A DNA stretch of 64,000 bases from Eledone cirrhosa (Eukaryota): the NCBI GenBank assembly GCA_964016885.1, contig OZ024743.1, positions 74,400,001 through 74,464,000 of the forward strand, read 5' to 3'. Shown piece by piece: positions 29,592 through 46,034 of this stretch (position 1 is the stretch's first letter; every line of letters begins with the position of its first letter). The position numbers were made by a program, and so were the translations under genes. The notes under the pieces are model-generated. The model worked only from the letters and a program-made list of their open reading frames with translations, was not told the DNA's origin and did not search any database.

Positions 29592-30660
29592 GCTAAACGG
29601 TTTTCTTTCTGCCAAATCACCTGTAATAAGTGGCATATCTCAAGGTGTGGTGTTAAGAATATTACTATATATCGTCCCCCTATCAACTACAAGCTCAGAG
29701 GTACACTTGGCCAACCTACAGAGTAAGCCGATGACACAAAAAACAATGAGTATCCAAACTTTAGAAGTGGTCACACTCCAGAATGAGCTAAACAGTATTT
29801 ATCGATTGGCAAATGGAAATAATATGAGATTCAAGACATCAAAGTTTCAGGTTCTTCATTACGGAGGGGCTATAAGCAATATACATTATTTGACCCCAGA
29901 TAACACAATCAAGAGCGCTAATGACTTACGGGACCTAGGAATACTTATGTCAAATGATATATTTTTCATCAGATACATCACTAAACTAACCTCTAAATGC
30001 AGACCCCTCATAAAATGGGTCCTACGAACCTTCATAACCAGAGAACCAGTCATTATGCCGACTGTATGTAAAAGTTTAGCTCAGAATAGATTAGATTACT
30101 AGTCATAGCTTTGGTTTCCCAACACAGCTGGTCTCATAGAATAAAACTGAAGGGTTGCAGAGAAGGTTCTCTAGTAAGATAATTTCGGTCAAAGGCTTTA
30201 ATTACTGGGAAAGTCTTAAAGCTCTGCGTTTCTACTCACCTCAACGATGATATATATATATATATATTATAATGGAAGATCCGGGAGGACCATGTTCCAA
30301 ACTTTGGCATTAAAGAGAATTTTAATGCGTGAGCTAGCAGATACTTCAGATTACAATATACCACCTTTGCAGTCGCGAGGAAGACCGTTCTATGAAAAGT
30401 CTGATATTGAGAGACCCTTGAGGTTTCAAATACCTAAAGAAAGAAATGAAAAATATAAAATGGACCTCTGTTGATACATTCAAATAAGTATTGGATGTGC
30501 TCCTAGCTACGATATTTGATCAGCCAACACTTCAAGGAAAAACGTAAGGAAGACCAGCTGCTAAAAACTCAATTTCAATAAAACTATAACAAAAGTAAAA
30601 ACAAATACTATATAAGGCGGTTCCATACCACGGCCGGTGAATGACGACTGACAACATTAA
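29592..30660 (+). mobile_element. Decayed CR1-like LINE 3' part (RT C-terminus)
   Basis: SGISQGVVL, NNMRFKTSKFQVL, RDLGILMSND, LRTF, RLDY. Confidence 0.8.
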
Positions 30661-30846
30661 AAGAATAAAGAAAACAATGAATATGTATATATATATAGGT
30701 ATAGTTTTATATATATATTAGTATAGGTGTGTATATATATATATATAATTTCATGTATATATATATAAATAGGTATAGATATATATGTATAGGTAGTAAC
30801 ATAATCATGTATGCCATAACCATGGTTATGCATAACCATTACCAGT

Positions 30847-30887
30847 CCGAGATAAAGACCCGCATAAGGTGAAACAATTGTTCTCGG
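30847..30887 (+). ncRNA. Fossil hammerhead motif (core mutated)
   Basis: CCGAG-ATAAAGA-CCC-gcataa-GGT-GAAA-CAATTG-TT-CTCGG. Stems I and III are intact; CUGANGA is replaced by AUAAAGA. Confidence 0.45.
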
Positions 30888-31024
30888 TATGGTGAACTAA
30901 CTGTTGTGTTACTACTTCTACCAAACTCGTCCCTTGGACTGAGTGCTCTACCACTACGGATATTATCTTCCAGTGTTCTACCTCTATGCATAGCTATATA
31001 GATATAGGTATATATATATATATG

Positions 31025-31134
<110 letters not shown>

Positions 31135-31204
31135 GCATAGCTATATAGGTATAGGTATATATATATGTATTATATATATATATATATTCCATATATATAG
31201 AGAG

Positions 31205-31345
31205 AATCCAGAAATAGCCGTCGTAACGGCTTGAGCTCTGCCGTGGAGGTCATACTTTTTCCTATTTCCCACTCTACTAACCTAAGTATTGAGTACTCTG
31301 GTGCGTTATGGTCCATCTGGTTCCTTACCACATCTCCTTCGTTAC
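31205..31345 (+). mobile_element. F4 PLE end, 5'-truncated within HHR stem II
   Basis: Matches 21528-21612 and 52270-52390. Confidence 0.7.
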
Positions 31346-31362
31346 ATATATATATATAGGTA

Positions 31363-31850
31363 TAAAATTGAAGCACCTCAATAATTATAAAAAAAAGTAG
31401 ACGATATGACAATCCTTGACTTTTGGTGTCGACTAGAAAAGCTCAGAAAAGTTTACTCTCATCATTCAAATGATGATGGAACCATCTTTAAAGTATACCT
31501 AAGGTTTGGGCCCCGTGATATCTGCCCACAACAGAAATATAACTTTCATCTCATAACAACATTATGACACAACTATATTCACTTCAATTGGTCCCGTTCT
31601 CTTTAACATTACACCAAAACATTAAAACAGAAAAAGATCTTATACAATTCAAAACATCATTGGACAAATTCCTTCAAGAAATCCCGTATAAATCTACTAC
31701 ACTGGGATACGTCTCCGTAAACACTAACTCTCTGCTTGAGTGAGCCATGGTGTCTAAATCCTGATTTGAAGGACTTCGCCAGTTGGTGCTATTAAGTGAG
31801 ACATGGCCTTGGCCAATGCTAGACGAAACTTATCGAAGTTATCAAAGTTA
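31363..31850 (+). mobile_element. CR1-like LINE 3' end
   Basis: AAAATTGAAGCACC...CCTTGACTTTTGG.GTCGACTA.AAAAGCTCA matches the reverse complement of 59430-59520. Confidence 0.65.
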
Positions 31851-31941
31851 TATATATATGATAACAAGGATTAAATATATGTATGTAAACATATATATAT
31901 ATAGGTATATATGAACACATATATATATATAGGCATATATG

Positions 31942-31982
<41 letters not shown>

Positions 31983-32161
31983 AATTTAATATAATATAAA
32001 ATTATGATCAACACTAATGTGTTTTTTTTGCAAATTGACAATAAATTAGCCAGATAGAAATACCTTAATTCAAGTACATAAAGTCCGCCTGTATCGATCT
32101 AAAAGATAATAAATCTATACTTACAGACTTAACATGGCAACTGCCCTGGTATATATATATT

Positions 32162-32369
32162 TATTAAAATAACAGATTAAAGTTTAAGCAAAGAATCGCT
32201 GCTTTCACCCTTAACAGAATCTTCTGAAATTAGTTTTAGAAGATCCCGTTAGGGGTGAAAGCAGTGATTCTTTGTTTAAACTTTAATCTGTTATTTTAGT
32301 AGATATTTGCTCTACGGTTTTTATATATACATGATCCTTATCGAGCCCTTTTCACATTTTAGTCTCCAC

Positions 32370-32370
<1 letters not shown>
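32162..32370. mobile_element. Palindromic F2 PLE-end element
   Basis: Palindrome 32162-32301. Tail is the reverse complement of 11790-11870. Confidence 0.78.
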
Positions 32371-32409
<39 letters not shown>

Positions 32410-32469
32410 GTAAGCAGAAATAACAACACAATCGGTACAGTATATGGAAGGGATATATTATTGTTTATA

Positions 32470-34093
<1,624 letters not shown>

Positions 34094-34229
34094 GAGAGAG
34101 AGAGAGAGGCGGGTGGGGTGAAATACAGGTGTGTACAACTGATAACAATTGGTGCCCAGGTAAAACAGTTGACTAAAAACTTATGTAAAAGTATAAAAGT
34201 ATAAAAGTAATAACGAGGTTGTTATTTAC

Positions 34230-34485
34230 CTGTTGCTGTCCTCTTAATTGTAAAGAGACGGTCCTGTTTACGACGGTAGACCGATGTAGACAAGTTCTTC
34301 AAGTTGTTCTTTGAGAAACTGATCTCTTTCTCACTTTATATTTGTTTTTCTTCGATCTTAATTTATGCAGAAATAATAAAAATTATCAATAAAAAAAAAG
34401 AAAAAATAATGACAAGCAGTAATGAAGATTAGGAAAAAGAATTATTTTGTCTGTTGTTGTTGGCAGATTCCGCAGTTGTTGTCTT
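34230..34485 (-). other. Candidate first non-coding exon of a minus-strand host gene
   Basis: Unique sequence ending CAACAG|GTAAAT (donor at 34230/34229). No ATG seen. Lies directly downstream of a TATA box. Confidence 0.35.
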
Positions 34486-34505
34486 GGCCAAGCTAACACA
34501 GGCTG

Positions 34506-34531
34506 CTTTATAATCAAACCAGTCACGTGAC
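34506..34531 (-). promoter_or_regulatory. Candidate core promoter: TATAAAG plus palindromic GTCACGTGAC E-box (CLEAR/USF type)
   Basis: Minus-strand TATAAAG at 34506-34512; GTCACGTGAC at 34522-34531. Confidence 0.4.
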
Positions 34532-34683
34532 GAGAATCATGAAGAGTTTGTCAGTCATTTTTACCCTTCCTCTTTTGCCTAGTTTCTCACCCACATACAT
34601 ATTGATAAAGTGACATATACAAGCAGAGAATGCAACACTCCACCTATCAACCCCTCGCTCTCTCCCGCTTTCCCTCTCTCCTG

Positions 34684-34782
<99 letters not shown>

Positions 34783-35174
34783 CCCTCTCTCTCTGCCTCT
34801 ATCTCTCTTTCTCTCTCCGCTTCTATCTCTCTTTCTCTTTCCCCCTTTCTCTCTCCATCATTCTCTCTCTCTCTCTTTTTCTCTCTCTCCCTTGTTTTCT
34901 CTCTTCCTCTTCCCTTTCTCCCTCCCTCACAGTTACATACACAACAAATACTTACACACATACATGCATACATTCATATATTTATATAGATGCATACATA
35001 ATCTACACCTACTCATCCTTACCAAACCCACCACACCAACACACCACACATCTATATACACACTTACAGGGGAACTTTACTGTGAAACCAGGACCAACAT
35101 CCTAGATATTACCCCACCCCCTCTCTCCCACATGTTCATGGAAAAGTTTACTGCCATATAGTATACACCCACTG

Positions 35175-36370
35175 AAGCACACACACACATACACACATAA
35201 ATACACACACACACACACATAAACACACATACAAACATACACACACCCACACACATAAACACACATACACACATAAACACTTATACACATACACACATAC
35301 ACACATAAACACACATAAACACACATAAACACACACATACACACATACACACACATACACACATACACACACCCACACACATAAACACACATAAACACAC
35401 ATACACACATAAACACTCATACACATACACATACACACACCCACACACATAAACACACATAAACACACACATACACACATAAACACACATACACACACAT
35501 AAAAACACCCACACACATACACGCACATAAACACACATACACATACACACATAAACACACATACACACATAAACACACATGCACAAACACACGTACATAC
35601 ACACGTTATTCATTCACAAATACGTGTATATACGTGTACGCATGCATACATACACACATACCTGCATACAACAATACATACATACAACAATACATACACA
35701 CACATGCATATATACATACATACATACACACATACATACAACAATGCATACATACAACAATGCATATACACACATGCATACAAACACAGATACACACATA
35801 CATACAATAATACATACATACAACAATACATACATACATGTAAAGGACTACATATCCCACGTATCCACAAGCGTAAACAAACACACACACCCACACATAT
35901 ACACACATAAACAAACACACACATACACATGCACACTTATTTATTCATCATATATATATATAGACACACACACATACACACGCATACACACACATACACA
36001 CACAAATAAACACACACACATAAACATACACACACAACCACAAACATATGAACAGACATACACACACACAAACAAAGACACGCACACTCATTTATTCATC
36101 ATGTATACCAAGACACACATATATACACACACACATTCACACATATACATACATATATACATACACACATACACACACATATATACATACACACATACAC
36201 ACATAAACAAACACACACAGATATACATACACTCACATACACACACATACGAACAGGCATACGCACACACAAACAAAGACGCGCACACTCATTTATTCAT
36301 CATATATACAAAGGCACACATATATACACACATATATACACACATATATATACACACATATACACACATT
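35175..36370. repeat. Degenerate (CA)/(CATA)-rich low-complexity tract
   Basis: Read directly. Confidence 0.9.
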
Positions 36371-36467
36371 ATACCCAAATACACACATCTTTTTACAAGA
36401 CATGCACATCAACTCGAACACACAAACATTCTTTATTTCTCTAGTAAGGCTGCTGTTTGGAACAGAT

Positions 36468-39400
36468 TCTGTCAAACCAACACACCACTCTATATATAAC
36501 ACTGGCAAACCAACACACCTATCTATATAGAACACTGTCAAACCAAAACACCACTCTATATACTACACTGTCAAACCAACATACCTCTCTATATACAACA
36601 CTGTCAAACCAACACACCACTCTATATACTACACTGTCAAACCAACACATCAGTCTATATACAACATTGTCAAACCTGCCACTACACCATTCTATATACA
36701 ACACTGTCAAACCAAGGCACCACTCTATATACTACACTGTCAAACCAACATACCACGCTATATACAACACTGTCCAAACAACACACCACTCTATATACTA
36801 CACTGTCAAACCAACACACCTCTATATATAACACTGTCAAACGAACACACCGCTCTATTTCTACACTGTCAAACCAACACACCACTCTATATACTACACT
36901 GTCAAACCAACACACCTCTCTATATATAACACTGTCAAACCAACAAACCACTCTATATACTACACTGTCAAACCAACACACCTCTCTATATAGAACACTG
37001 TCAAACCAACACACCTCTCTATATATAACACTGTCAAACCAATACACCATTCTATATACAACACTGTCAAACCAACACATCACTCTATATATTACACTGT
37101 CAAACCAACACACCGCTCTATACACTACACCGTCAAAGCAACACACCTCTCTATATACAACACTGTCAAACCAACACACCACTCTATATACAACACTGTC
37201 AAACCAACATACCACTCTATATACTACACTGTCAAACCAACACACCACTGTATATACAACACTGTCAGACCAACACACCTCTCTATATACTACACTGTCA
37301 AACCTACACACATTTCTATATACAACACTGTCAAACCAACACAACACTCTATATACTACACTGTCAAACCAACACACCACTCTATACACTACACTGTCAA
37401 ACCAACACACCAATCTATATACTACACTCTCTAAACCAACACACCACTCTATATGCTACACTGTCAAACCCACACACCACTCTATATACAACACTGTGAA
37501 ACCAACACACCTTTCTATATACACCACTGTCAAACCAATACACCAGTCTATATACTACACTGTCAAATCAACACACCACTCTATATACAACACTGTCAAA
37601 CCAACACACCGCTCTATATACTACATTGTCACACCAAGACACCACTCTATATACTACACTGTCAAACCAACACACCACTCTATATACAACACTTTCAAAC
37701 CAACACACCACTCTATATATTACACTGTCAAACCAACACACCACTCTATACACTACACTGTCAAACCAACACACCTCTCTATATACAATACTGTCAAACC
37801 AACACACCTCTCTATATACTACACTGTCAAACCAACAAACCTTTCTATATACAACACTGTCAAACCAACATACCACTCTATATACTACACTGTCAAACCA
37901 ACACACCTCTCTATATACTACACTGTCAAACCAACAAACCTTTCTATATACAACACTGTCAAACCAACACACCACTCTATATACAACACTGTCAAACCAA
38001 CACACCACTCTATATACTACGCTGTCAAACCAACACACCGCTCTATATACAACACAGGTCAAACGAACACACCGCTCTATATGGACCACTGTAAAACCAA
38101 CACACCAGTCTATATACTACACTGTCAAACCAACACACCACTCTATATACAACACTGTCAAACCAACACACCGCTCTATATATTACACTGTCAAACCAAC
38201 ACACCACTCTATACACTACACTGTCAAACCAACACACCTCTCTATATACAACACTGTCAAACCAACACACCACTCTATATACAACACTGTCAAACCAACA
38301 TACCACTCTATATACTACACTGTCAAACCAACACAACACTCTATATACAACACTGTAAAACCAACACACCTCTCTATATACTACACTGTCAAAACAACAC
38401 ACCTTTCTATATACAACACTGTCAAACCAACACAACACTCTATATACTACACTGTCAAACCAACACACCTCTCTATATACTACACTGTCAAACCCACACA
38501 CCACTCATTAAACAACACTGTGAAACCAACACACCTTTCTATATACACCACTGTCAAACCAACACACCAGTGTATATACTACACTGTCAAACAAACACAC
38601 CACTCTATATACAACACTGTTAAACCAACACACCACTCTAGATACAACACTGTCAAACCAACACACCTCTCTATATACTACACAGTCAAACCAACACACC
38701 TTTCTATATACAACACTGACAAACCAACACAACACTCTATATACTACACTGTGAAACCAACACACCACTCTATATACTACACTGTCAAAACAACACACCA
38801 CTCTATATACTACACACTCAAACCAACACACCACTCTATATGCTTCACTGTCAAACCCACACACCACTCTATATACAACGCTGTGAAACCAACACACCTT
38901 TCTATATACACCACTGTCAAACCAACACTCCAGTCTATATACTACACTGTCAAACCAACACACCTCTCTATATACAACATTGTCAAATCAACACACCTCT
39001 CTATATACAACATTGTCAAACCAACACACTACTCTATATACAACACTGTCAAACCAAAACACCAGTCTATATACAACACTGTCAAACCAACACACCACTC
39101 TATATACTACACTCTCAAACCAACACACCTCTCTATATACAACACTGTCAAACCAACACAACCACTCTATATACTACACTGTCAAACCAACACACCTCTC
39201 TGTATAGAACACTGTCAAACCTACATACCACTCTATATATAACACTGTCAAACCAACATACCACTCTATATGCTACACTGTCAAACCAACATTCCACTCT
39301 ATATACAACACTGTCAAACTAACACACTACTCTATATAAAACACTGTCAAGCAAACATCCCACTCTATATACAACACTCTCAAATCAACACGCCACTCTA

Positions 39401-42400
39401 TATACAACACTGTCAAACCAAGACACCACTCTATATAAAACACTGTCAAACCAACATATCACTCTATATACTACACTTCTCAAACCAACACACCAGTCTA
39501 TATAGAACACTGTCAAACCAAGACACCAGTCTATATACAACACTGTGAAAGCAACACACCAGTCTATATAGAACGCTGTCAAACTAACATACCACTCTAT
39601 ATACAACACTGTCAAACCAACACACCACTCTATATGCTAATCTGTCAAACCAACACACCATTCTATATACTACACTGTCAAACCAACACACCACTCTATA
39701 TACAACACTGTCAAACCAACACACCACTCTATATACTACACTCTCAAACCAACACACCACTCTATATGCTACACTGTCAAACCCACACACCACTCTATAT
39801 ACAACACTGTGAAACCAACACACCTTTCTATATACACCACTGTCAAACCAACACACCAGTCTATATACTACACTGTCAAACCAAAACACCACTCTATATA
39901 CAACACTGTCAAACCAACACACCTCTCTATATACTACACTGTCAAACCAACACACCTTTCTATATACAACACTGTCAAACCAACACACCACTCTATATAC
40001 TACACTGTCAAACCAACACACCACTCTATATACTACACTGTCAAACCAACACACCACTCTATATACTACACTGTCAAACCAACACACCTCCCTATATATA
40101 ACACTGTCAAACGAACAAACCACTCTATCTACTACACTGTCAAACCAACACACCTCTCTATATATAACACTGTCAAACGAACACACCACTCTATATACTA
40201 CACTGTCAAACCAACACACCACTCTATATACTACACTGTCAAACCAAACACCACTCTATATACTACACTGTCAAACCAACACACCTCTCTATATACAACA
40301 CTGTCAAACCAACACACCCCTCTATATACAACACTGTCAAACCAACACACCACTCTATATACGACACTGTCAAACCAACACACCACTCTATATACTACAC
40401 TTTCACACCAACACACCACTCTATATACAACACTGTCAAACCAACACACCAGTCTATATACAACATTGTCAACCCAACACACCACTCTATATACTACACT
40501 GTCAAACCAACACACCTCTCAATATACTAAACTGTCAAACCAACACACCTCTCTATATACTACAATGTCAAACCAACACACCACTCTATACACTACACTG
40601 TCAAACCAACACACCACTCTATATACTACACTGTCAAACCAACACACCACTCTATACACTACACTGTCAAACCAATACACTACTCTATATACGACACTGT
40701 CAAACCAACACACCTCTCTATATAGAACACTGTCAAACCCACACACCACTCTATATACGACACTGTCAAACCAACACACCACTCTATATACAAGAATGTC
40801 AAACCAACACACCTTTCTATATACAACACTGTCAAACCAAGACACCACTCTATATACTACACTCTCAAACCAACACACCACTCTATATGCTACACTGTCA
40901 ACCCAACACAGCACTCTATATACTACACTGTCAAACCAACACACCACTCTATATACAACACTGTCAAACCAACACACCACTCTATATATACAACACTGTC
41001 AAACCAATACACCACTCTATATACTACACTGTCAAACCAACACACCACTCTATATACTACACTGTCAAACCAACACACCACTCTATATACTACACTGTCA
41101 AACCTACACACCACTCTATATACAACACTGTCAAACCAACACACCCCTCTATATACAACACTGTCAAACCAACACACCACTCTATATACTACACTGTCAA
41201 ACCAACACACTTCTCTATATACGACACTGTCAAACCAACACACCACTCTATATACTACACTCTCAAACCAACACACCACTCTATATACAACACTGTCAAA
41301 CCAACGCACCAGTCTATATACAACATTGTCAACCCAACATACCACTCTATATACTACACTGTCAAACCAACACACCACTCTATATACTACACTGTCAAAC
41401 CAACACACATCTCTATATATAACACTGTCAAACGAACAAACCACTCTATCTACTACACTGTCAAACCAACACACCTCTCTATATATAACACTGTCAAACA
41501 AACACACCACTCTATATACTACACTGTCAAACCAACACACCACTCTATATACTACACTGTCAAACCAAACACCACTCTATATACTACACTGTCAAACCAA
41601 CACACCTCTCAAAATACAACACTGTCAAACCAACACACCCCTCTATATACAACACTGTCAAACTAACACACCACTCTATATACGACACTGTCAAACCAAC
41701 ACACCACTCTATATACTACACTATCACAGCAACACACCACTCTATATACAACACTGTCAAACCAACACACCAGTCTATATACAACATTGTCAACCCAACA
41801 CACCACTCTATATACTACACTGTCAAACCAACACACCTCTCTATATACTAAACTGTCAAACCAACACACCTCTCTATATACTACAATGTCAAACCAACAC
41901 ACCACTCTATACACTACACTGTCAAACCAACACACCACTCTATATACTACACTGTCAAACCAACACACCACTCTATACACTACACTGTCAAACCAATACA
42001 CTACTCTATATACGACACTGTCAAACCAACACACCTCTCTATATAGAACACTGTCAAACCCACACACCACTCTATATACTACACTGTCGAACCAACACAC
42101 CACTCTATATACAAGAATGTCAAACCAACACACCTTTCTATATACAACACTGTCAAACCAAGACACCACTCTATATACTACACTCTCAAACCAACACACC
42201 ACTCTATATGCTACACTGTCAACCCAACACACCACTCTATATACTACACTGTCAAACCAACACACCACTCTATATACAACACTGTCAAACCAACACACTA
42301 CTCTATATATACAACACTGTCAAACCAATACACCACTCTATATACTACACTGTCAAACCAACACACCACTCTATATACTACACTGTCAAACCAACACACC

Positions 42401-44402
42401 ACTCTATATACTACACTGTCAAACCTACACACCACTCTATATACAACACTGTCAAACCAACACACCCCTCTATATACAACACTGTCAAACCAACACACCA
42501 CTCTATATACTACACTGTCAAACCAACACACTTCTCTATATACGACACTGTCAAACCAACACACCACTCTATATACTACACTCTCAAACCAACACACCAC
42601 TCTATATACAACACTGTCAAACAACGCACCAGTCTATATACAACATTGTCAACCCAACATACCACTCTATATACTACACTGTCAAACCAACACACCACTC
42701 TATATACTACACTGTCAAACCAACACACATCTCTATATATAACACTGTCAAACGAACAAACCACTCTATCTACTACACTGTCAAACCAACACACCTCTCT
42801 ATATATAACACTGTCAAACAAACACACCACTCTATATACTACACTGTCAAACCAACACACCACTCTATATACTACACTGTCAAACCAAACACCACTCTAT
42901 ATACTACACTGTCAAACCAACACACCTCTCAAAATACAACACTGTCAAACCAACACACCCCTCTATATACAACACTGTCAAACTAACACACCACTCTATA
43001 TACGACACTGTCAAACCAACACACCACTCTATATACTACACTATCACACCAACACACCACTCTATATACAACACTGTCAAACCAACACACCAGTCTATAT
43101 ACAACATTGTCAACCCAACACACCACTCTATATACTACACTGTCAAACCAACACACCTCTCTATATACTAAACTGTCAAACCAACACACCTCTCTATATA
43201 CTACAATGTCAAACCAACACACCACTCTATACACTACACTGTCAAACCAACACACCACTCTATATACTACACTGTCAAACCAACACACCACTCTATACAT
43301 TACACTGTCAAACCAATACACTACTCTATATACGACATTGTCAAACCAACACACCTCTCTATATAGAACACTGTCAAACCCACACACCACTCTATATACT
43401 ACACTGTCGAACCAACACACCACTCTATATACAAGAATGTCAAACCAACACACCTTTCTATATACAACACTGTCAAACCAAGACACCACTCTATATACTA
43501 CACTCTCAAACCAACACACCACTCTATATGCTACACTGTCAACCCAACACACCACTCTATATACTACACTGTCAAACCAACACACCACTCTATATACAAC
43601 ACTGTCAAACCAACACACCACTCTATATATACAACACTGTCAAACCAATACACCACTCTATATACTACACTGTCAAACCAACACACCACTCTATATACTA
43701 CACTGTCAAACCAACACACCACTCTATATACTACACTGTCAAACTTACACACCACTCTATATACTACACTGTCAAACCAATACACCTCTCTATATACAAC
43801 ACTGTCAAACCAACACCGCTCTATATACAACACTGTCAAACCAACACACCACTCTATATACTACACTGTCAAACCAACACACTTCTCTATATACTACACT
43901 CTCAAACCAACACACCACTCTATATACAACACTGTCAAACCAACGCACCAGTCTATATACAACATTGTCAACCCAACATACCACTCTATATACTACACTG
44001 TCAAACCAACACACCTCTCTATATACTACACTGTCAAACCAATACGCTACTCTATATACAACACTGTCAAACCAACACACCTCTCTATATAGAACACTGT
44101 CAAACCCACACACCACTCTATATACTACACTGTCAAACCAACACACCACTCTATATACAAAAATGTCAAACCAACACACCTTTCTATATACAACACTGTC
44201 AAACCAAGACACCACTCTATATACTACACTCTCAAACCAACACACCACTCTATATGCTACACTGTCAACCCAACACACCACTCTATATACTACACTGTCA
44301 AACCAACACACCACTCTATATACAACACTGTCAAACCAACACACCACTCTATATACAACACTGTCAAACCAACACACCACTCTATATACAACACTGTCAA
44401 CA
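36468..44402. repeat. 33-bp satellite, ~240 monomers, with ~1320-bp higher-order repeat in the 3' half
   Basis: Unit ACACTGTCAAACCAACACACCACTCTATATACT. Diagnostic variants recur at 1320-bp spacing (ORF starts 41663/42983 and 41787/43107). Confidence 0.97.
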
Positions 44403-44517
44403 ACGACTACTTAACACTTGTTGCATTTACAATCTTACATACCAAGGCAACATTTTACCTCTTTCGCCCTCAATCTCTCTCTTCTCTCTCTCTCTCCCTC
44501 TCTCTACCTCTCTCTCC

Positions 44518-44600
<83 letters not shown>

Positions 44601-44621
44601 GTATGTATATATATATATATA

Positions 44622-44953
44622 TAACCAAATGTTTAACAAGGTTCATTGATTAATCAGTGAATATAGTTTTACAATAAATTAGAAGCACTCAACAAAAAGG
44701 TTTTCTAATAAATATAGACATTCATGTGATCAAACATATTTTATTATATATATTTCAGAGGTACTGGGCCGTTTCTTCAGTACGTCCTCTTCAGATAAAA
44801 TAAATTGATGTCTGACATACCTCAACTGTGCTGATGGTTCAATTCCAGTTGAGGTATGTCAAACATCAATTTATTTTATCTGATGAAACGGCTCAGTACC
44901 TCTGAAATATATATAATAAAATATATTTGATTACATGAATGTCTATATTTATT
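44622..44953. mobile_element. Palindromic F1 PLE-end element (palindrome 44707-44953)
   Basis: ~120-bp arms with a ~17-bp spacer. The right arm has a 14-bp deletion between two CTGA(A/T)GA repeats. Confidence 0.82.
44739..44800 (-). ncRNA. Type I hammerhead ribozyme (F1), intact core
   Basis: Reverse complement: TTTTAT-CTGAAGA-GGA-C-GTACTG-aagaaacggcc-CAGTAC-C-TCT-GAAA-TATATA-TA-ATAAAA. Confidence 0.85.
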
Positions 44954-44967
44954 GATATTTTGAAGTA

Positions 44968-45045
<78 letters not shown>

Positions 45046-45077
45046 AACGACAAAACAGGGGTACAAGTTGTATTCGT

Positions 45078-45175
45078 CCGAAACGTTAAGACCCTCTTCC
45101 TTCTATATCAAGCGTGAACCTAATATATACCTTCCATATACTGTACCGATAGTGTTGTTATTTCTGTTTACCACT

Positions 45176-45178
<3 letters not shown>
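45078..45178 (+). mobile_element. PLE end truncated within HHR stem II
   Basis: GTCC-GAAACGTTAAGAC... is the reverse complement of 1227-1328. Ends in (TA)n. Confidence 0.7.
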
Positions 45179-45267
<89 letters not shown>

Positions 45268-45269
<2 letters not shown>

Positions 45270-45575
45270 TATGTATGTATGTATACGTACATACATATAT
45301 GTATACAGACGTACAGTAGTATGTATATATATATATATACATCGTGCCTGTGTCAGTGTTGAACAAAAAGATGACGTGGTTTCCTAAACACTGTACGGCG
45401 TAATTCGGGCTGTTTGTTTGTTTACAAACAAACCGAGCATTATTATAAATGTTCGGTAAACTGATACGTGCATATATATATATATGTGTGCATGTATGTA
45501 TGTATATATATATATACATACTACTGCACGTCTGTATACATATATGTATGTACGTATGCATACATACATACTTAC
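45268..45575. repeat. Inverted repeat (~65-bp arms) around a hairpin-rich spacer
   Basis: GTATGTATACGTACATACATATATGTATACAGACGTACAGTAGTATG is mirrored at 45517-45573. Confidence 0.65.
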
Positions 45576-45948
45576 ATTTAAGTAACTGCCACACTAAGAT
45601 TGAGAAATGAAATTTCGTTTCATTCTATTCCATTTATCTATATATATAGATAGATATATATATTCTCATAGTTTTTGGCAGTAGTATATATACTGGTTGG
45701 ATGCCCTTCATAACACAACCACGATTTTAGAGCATGGACTGGGTGCTTTTATTCGTATATATATATATATACTGTAGTACAAGTTTGGTCGGAATATCCA
45801 AGAGTAAGAGCATTCAGTCCATAATATATTCTTTATTAAAATCATGTTTGAATTCTTCCTCTGGAGTTTCCCCTTTGTACTCAGTCACCAGACTTGACTT
45901 AATGGAAAAGTGTATGTGTCTGTGTGTACATCCACACACACATCCACA

Positions 45949-46029
<81 letters not shown>

Positions 46030-46034
<5 letters not shown>

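Noticed and set aside
36457-44649. ORFs up to 1107 aa with HCQTNTPLYI repeats
   Set aside because: 33-bp satellite that is open in several frames on both strands, with frame-shifting indels. No coding signature.
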